DNA from: SAR86 cluster bacterium SAR86B
GTDB lineage: Bacteria > Pseudomonadota > Gammaproteobacteria > Magnimaribacterales > D2472
DNA: 64,000 bases
Direction of reading: 5' to 3'
Assembly: GCA_905181955.1 (NCBI GenBank)
Contig: CAJJAC010000010.1
Coordinates: 1,620 to 65,619 of the forward strand
This document shows positions 59,602 to 64,000 of this stretch, one piece after another (the first letter of the stretch is position 1; the number at the start of each line of letters is the position of its first letter). The position numbers and the translations under genes were made by a program. The notes beneath the pieces are model-generated. The model worked only from the letters and a program-made list of their open reading frames with translations. It did no database searches and was not told where the DNA came from.

Positions 59602-60632
59602 AGTATTTTTTATCTATATTTATTATTTTTACCAATCTTAGCTTTGCTGATTATTCAAATCATCCCGAAGCCCAAGATTTAATAGATACTCTGGTAAATG
59701 ACCATAACTTTGAAAGGAGTTATGTTATTAAGGTTCTTCAGTCTGCAGAAAAGAAAGAAAAAATTCTGAAGTCCATGTCTTCACCTGCAGAATTTACATG
59801 GACATGGGATAGATATAAGAAACTTTTTATAGAGGATAAGAGAATTGCAAATGGAAAAATGTTCATCACTAATAATAATGAATTATTCAACAAGGTAGAG
59901 AAAGACTTTGGAGTTCCAAGAGAAATTATTACTGCAATTTTAGGCGTAGAAACAAGGTATGGAAAAATTAAAGGTAGTTATAGAGTGCTTGATAGCCTAG
60001 CTACACTAGGCTTCGATTTTCCAAGACGCTCAAAGTTTTTTAAAAAAGAATTAATTGAATTTTTTAAATTAACTAGAGAAAATAATTTAGATATTTATTC
60101 AATTCAAGGATCTTATGCTGGAGCTATGGGATATGGTCAGTTCATTTCCTCAAGCTATAGAGCATATGCTGTTGATTATGATGGAGATGGTTATGCAGAT
60201 CTCTTTAATTCAGTTCCTGATGCTATAGGTAGTGTGGCAAATTATTTAAAAGTTCATGGATGGAAAAGAGATGGGGACATAGTCCAATCAGTGAAGTTTA
60301 ATAATGTTAGAAAACCGTATAAACAAAATAAGGAATCAATGAAATTCATCCCATTAAATTTCACTGAAGGCACTAATGAGGTTTATATTGTCAAAGAAGG
60401 TGATTCACTGCTAGAAATTGCAATAAGCAACAATATAAGCCTTGAAGCATTAATGTTATTAAATAAGATAAGTAATAAAAATCTTATTAAAGTTGGCGAA
60501 AAACTTCTTATAAATTCAAAAAAAGATCTTTATTTTATAGGTGATGATAATTTTATCGCCATTACCAAATATAATATTAGCCACTTCTACGCTATGGCAG
60601 TATATTATTTATCATTAGAGCTAAAATCATGA
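59598..60632 (+). CDS. mltB: Lytic murein transglycosylase B-like with LysM-like module
   Basis: ILGVETRYG catalytic Glu motif and GAMGYGQF motif. A LysM-like module (YIVKEGDSLLEIAISNNISL...) lies near the C-terminus. Confidence 0.8.
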   Translation: MKYFLSIFIIFTNLSFADYSNHPEAQDLIDTLVNDHNFERSYVIKVLQSAEKKEKILKSMSSPAEFTWTWDRYKKLFIEDKRIANGKMFITNNNELFNKVEKDFGVPREIITAILGVETRYGKIKGSYRVLDSLATLGFDFPRRSKFFKKELIEFFKLTRENNLDIYSIQGSYAGAMGYGQFISSSYRAYAVDYDGDGYADLFNSVPDAIGSVANYLKVHGWKRDGDIVQSVKFNNVRKPYKQNKESMKFIPLNFTEGTNEVYIVKEGDSLLEIAISNNISLEALMLLNKISNKNLIKVGEKLLINSKKDLYFIGDDNFIAITKYNISHFYAMAVYYLSLELKS

Positions 60633-61780
60633 AAAAAATCCTCTCAATATTAATTCTTTCACAAACGCTTCTAGTTCAAGCTCAGTCTTTTCTTCCACCA
60701 CCACCCGAGCTTGATTTAAGAAGTTATATATTAATTGAGCCTAATACAAATACTGTTATAGCTGAATTTAATTCAGATAATCAAATTGAACCAGCCAGCA
60801 TGACAAAAGTTATGACTAGTTACGTGATTGCTGATCAGATAGATAATGACCTAATCCAACTTGATGACAAAGTTCTTGTTTCAAATAAAGCATGGAAAAT
60901 GGAAGGTTCAAGAATGTTTATTGAGGCAGGAAAAAAGGTTCCTGTATCAGAGCTACTTAAAGGTATTATTATCCAATCTGGAAATGATGCCTCGGTTGCT
61001 ATGGCTGAATATACAGGTGGAACAGAAGATGGTTTTGTAGATCTTATGAACGCTTATGCAGGATCATTAGGCTTAAGAAATACACTTTTTCAAAATGCTA
61101 CTGGCTTACCAGATCCAAATCATTTTACGAGCACAGCAGACCTAGCAAAACTTACTGCAAGTTTTATTAAAAATTTTCCTGAACATTATTCAATTTATAA
61201 AGAAAAACAATATACATATAACGATATAAAACAATTAAATAGAAATAGATTGCTTTGGAAAGATGATTCATCAGATGGTGTTAAAACTGGGCATACTGAT
61301 TCTGCAGGATACTGCTTAATAGGGTCTGCAAAAAGAGGGGATATGCGACTTATTACAGTTATTGCTGGAAGTCCTTCTGATAATGCACGTTTTGATAGCT
61401 CACAAAGATTGCTAGAGTATGGATTTAGATTCTTCGCAACACAAAAACAATTATCTAAAGAGCAAGCTCTTAAGGAAGTAACTATTTGGGGAGGGCAGTC
61501 TGATTCTGTTCAAATAGGATCTAAAGAAGATATCTATGTAACTTTACCAAGGATGGCTTTCAAGGATTTAGTTGTAAATTATAATTATAAAAATAATTTA
61601 AAGGCTCCAATCGCAAAAGGGCAAGTAATAGGTTCTATAGATATAGTGAGTCAAGATAAAATTGTATCTACATCTGAGCTTGTAGCTTTAAGTGATGTTG
61701 AAGCAAAGGGTTTCTTTGGAAGATTGTGGTCTAGTATTTGGTTTTGGGTTCTTAGCCTTTTTGGTTTAGCGAGTGACTAA
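60629..61780 (+). CDS. dacA: D-alanyl-D-alanine carboxypeptidase (PBP5/6 class)
   Basis: SMTK, SGND and KTGHT motifs, C-terminal amphipathic anchor. Confidence 0.9.
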   Translation: MKKILSILILSQTLLVQAQSFLPPPPELDLRSYILIEPNTNTVIAEFNSDNQIEPASMTKVMTSYVIADQIDNDLIQLDDKVLVSNKAWKMEGSRMFIEAGKKVPVSELLKGIIIQSGNDASVAMAEYTGGTEDGFVDLMNAYAGSLGLRNTLFQNATGLPDPNHFTSTADLAKLTASFIKNFPEHYSIYKEKQYTYNDIKQLNRNRLLWKDDSSDGVKTGHTDSAGYCLIGSAKRGDMRLITVIAGSPSDNARFDSSQRLLEYGFRFFATQKQLSKEQALKEVTIWGGQSDSVQIGSKEDIYVTLPRMAFKDLVVNYNYKNNLKAPIAKGQVIGSIDIVSQDKIVSTSELVALSDVEAKGFFGRLWSSIWFWVLSLFGLASD

Positions 61781-62603
61781 AAATATCAAAGCTGTCTATC
61801 AAGGCTCCTTTGACTATCTTGATAATATTAAGGTTTCACCTTTAAGTAGAGCTTTTCTATTTTCTGATAGTATTTATGAAGTAATCCCTTTTCAGAATAA
61901 AAAATTTATTTGCGCAGAAGAACATTTTGAGAGATTGAACTTTAGTGCATCACAGTTAAGAATTAATATTAATTTCCAAGAAATAAAAAATGAGATTATT
62001 CATCTCTTCGAAAATTCAGATTGTTCAGATGGCTATATTTATTATCAAGTTTCAAGGGGTATAGATGATATGCGTTCGCATATCTATAGTCCAGATATTC
62101 ACTGTGAAACCTTTGGGTATTTAATGCCTTTAGAATTGAACTCTAAGTCACTCAAGGTAGCAGTTTGCGAGGATATAAGATGGGGAAGATGTGATATTAA
62201 AAGCACATCATTATTAGGCAATGTTCTACAAATGAATGCTGCCTCTGATCAAGATTGTGATGAAATAATTATGCATAAAGATAATATTATTACTGAAGGC
62301 GGAGCAAGTAATATTTTTTTTATTCAAGAAAATAAAATATGCACTCCCAAACTATCTAATAAGATTTTACCAGGAATTACTAGAGCTATCCTGATAGAGG
62401 CTATTAAAGAAAACGACTTACCTTTTGAAGAGGGTGACTATCACATAGACCTTTTAAAGAAGGCATCTTGTATCTGGTTTACCAGTTCAACGAAAGGAGT
62501 TGCCCCAGTTAATGAAGTAATTAACTGTAATAATCAACTTGATTTAAATAATAAACTTATGAAGCAGTGCCAGGTTTTATATCAACAAAAAGTAACTAGT
62601 TAG
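61773..62603 (+). CDS. Class IV (fold type IV) aminotransferase, D-amino-acid aminotransferase-like (GTG start)
   Basis: Family pattern DSIYEVIP..., GASNIFF and PGITR. Located after dacA. Confidence 0.65.
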   Translation: MTKNIKAVYQGSFDYLDNIKVSPLSRAFLFSDSIYEVIPFQNKKFICAEEHFERLNFSASQLRININFQEIKNEIIHLFENSDCSDGYIYYQVSRGIDDMRSHIYSPDIHCETFGYLMPLELNSKSLKVAVCEDIRWGRCDIKSTSLLGNVLQMNAASDQDCDEIIMHKDNIITEGGASNIFFIQENKICTPKLSNKILPGITRAILIEAIKENDLPFEEGDYHIDLLKKASCIWFTSSTKGVAPVNEVINCNNQLDLNNKLMKQCQVLYQQKVTS

Positions 62604-63606
62604 GCCCAAGTTTACATATAAGAGATTCTAGCTCGATCCAGAAATCTTTTTTTATCAAACCTTTAAGAGAAAGTTCAAGGTCATAAATACTCTTTTGCAT
62701 TAGCTCTAAATCTTCTTTAGTTTGGTTTTTCATAAAAGATAAATAATCATTAATTTTTGATTGCCAAACCCCGTTATCTTTTAAATATATCTGAGGACTT
62801 TTATCTCTAGATGCTAGAGAGGCGAGACTTGTTATTTTACCCATGATCCAAATTAAAAGTGGCCCACTATAACTGTCGGCTTTTCTTAAAGATTTTACAA
62901 TCTTAAGTGCTTTTCTTGTCTGACCTTGAAGAATTGCATCCTCAAGTTCAAAGGGACTAAACTCAGCAGAATTAATCATATGATTTGTTATATCAGATAA
63001 ATCTTTTTTATCTTGATTTGAATCTAGATATAGAAGTTTCAGGAGCTCTATTTCATTTTGCTGCGCTACAAGATTACCTGAATTCATTTCAGATAAAAGC
63101 TTAACAACATCAGATCTATAATTATCTGGAATAAAGCTTAAATTTTTCTTTAACCAAATTTGCTCCTCAAATGATTTAAGTTTTTTACACTCAATTACTA
63201 ATGAACTTGCTTCCATTTGTTTTGCCCACTTAGAAACTAAACTTAATTTGTCTAAATGACTGTTAATAATAATACTAATATTCTCATATTGATTTAAATC
63301 ATCATTAAAGATCTCAGAGATAGCTTCTGGAATTTTCCCAGCCCCATGCCTTAATTCAATGATTAATTTAGAGCCAAATAAAGACCCTCCTGCATTAGCA
63401 GCTATTGTAGATTTAACTTCCTTAAAATTCTCATCATTTAAGGTAATCTTCTCCATGAAACCCCTTAATGATAATGTTTTTAGGACTCTTGATTTGACGT
63501 GGTTCTTTAGAATGACTTCAGAACCAAAAATAAAAAATATATTTGGAGATTTATCGAGATATTTGCCTAAATTTATTGCCTCACATTTCAAGGAACTGCA
63601 CCTCAA
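62596..63606 (-). CDS. holA: DNA polymerase III delta subunit
   Basis: Size and lptE-holA synteny. N-terminal IFFIFGSEVIL clamp-loader-like region. Confidence 0.75.
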   Translation of the reverse strand: MRCSSLKCEAINLGKYLDKSPNIFFIFGSEVILKNHVKSRVLKTLSLRGFMEKITLNDENFKEVKSTIAANAGGSLFGSKLIIELRHGAGKIPEAISEIFNDDLNQYENISIIINSHLDKLSLVSKWAKQMEASSLVIECKKLKSFEEQIWLKKNLSFIPDNYRSDVVKLLSEMNSGNLVAQQNEIELLKLLYLDSNQDKKDLSDITNHMINSAEFSPFELEDAILQGQTRKALKIVKSLRKADSYSGPLLIWIMGKITSLASLASRDKSPQIYLKDNGVWQSKINDYLSFMKNQTKEDLELMQKSIYDLELSLKGLIKKDFWIELESLICKLGPN

Positions 63607-64000
63607 AAACTATTTGGCTTATTAACTGATCTTGAATTATTTGTTCCAGTTTCTTGATAGTTTCTCTTTCTGACATAGGGTTTAATTCATTAACACTAAA
63701 GTTTTTTACAACAACAAGTTTTCTAATAAAGTTATTTTTTCCATCAGAAATATTGATTTCCATTTCACCCTTTATCTCTCCCTCAAGCGCTCTCAATGCT
63801 GAACCACCATAGGTCTTTCTTTCTTTTAGTTCATAACTTTTAATAATTAAACTGACTTTATTAGATGCATCAGTATTTAAATTTTTAAGCTTTAATTGAA
63901 TGGAATCTGGAATTTCATTAGCAAAGGTAATGCTACCAATTGTAATAGCGCCCTGATTCCTCATTGGTTCAAATCCACAGCCTGCAATTGCTAGGATTGC
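63581..64000 (-). CDS. lptE: LPS-assembly lipoprotein LptE, 5'-partial (runs off the window)
   Basis: The frame stays open upstream of Met63964 and encodes ...AILAIAGCGFEP, a lipobox. Located directly upstream of holA, as in other gammaproteobacteria. Confidence 0.65.
   Translation of the reverse strand, partial: AILAIAGCGFEPMRNQGAITIGSITFANEIPDSIQLKLKNLNTDASNKVSLIIKSYELKERKTYGGSALRALEGEIKGEMEINISDGKNNFIRKLVVVKNFSVNELNPMSERETIKKLEQIIQDQLISQIVFEVQFLEM

Overview
This window is AT-rich (roughly 30% G+C by eye) and very densely packed bacterial chromosome. Gene content and order are gammaproteobacterial: pepP-ubiH, nnr-tsaE-amiB, dksA-pcnB, parE-parC, rsfS-rlmH-mrdA-rodA-mltB-dacA, holA-lptE. 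A proteorhodopsin closely resembles, from memory, the SAR86-type pump. Together with the extreme compaction, this points to a streamlined marine SAR86-like gammaproteobacterium. I support about 65 CDS (partial at both window edges), one tRNA-Ile(GAU), one TPP riboswitch, two Fur-box-like operators, two repeat arrays and two hairpin terminators. I found no rRNA, CRISPR array, IS element or prophage. Most of the window is housekeeping.

The stretches that deserve a second look are:
1. A near-identical Fur-like palindrome sits upstream of both the Fe(III)-binding protein gene and the proteorhodopsin gene.
2. A tiny overlapping P-loop kinase plus NadM/TagD-like nucleotidyltransferase pair heads the psd-pssA phospholipid operon and has locally elevated G+C.
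3. Five roughly helically phased direct repeats, each copying the start of the adjacent gene, lie next to a tail-anchored protein whose N-terminus resembles an integrase N-terminal domain.
4. DksA carries a histone-H1-like lysine-repeat N-terminal extension.
5. A TPP-riboswitch-controlled TonB receptor-PnuT-kinase thiamine salvage operon has its Shine-Dalgarno sequence inside the aptamer.

All functional calls come from motif and family recognition by eye. No database searches were run.
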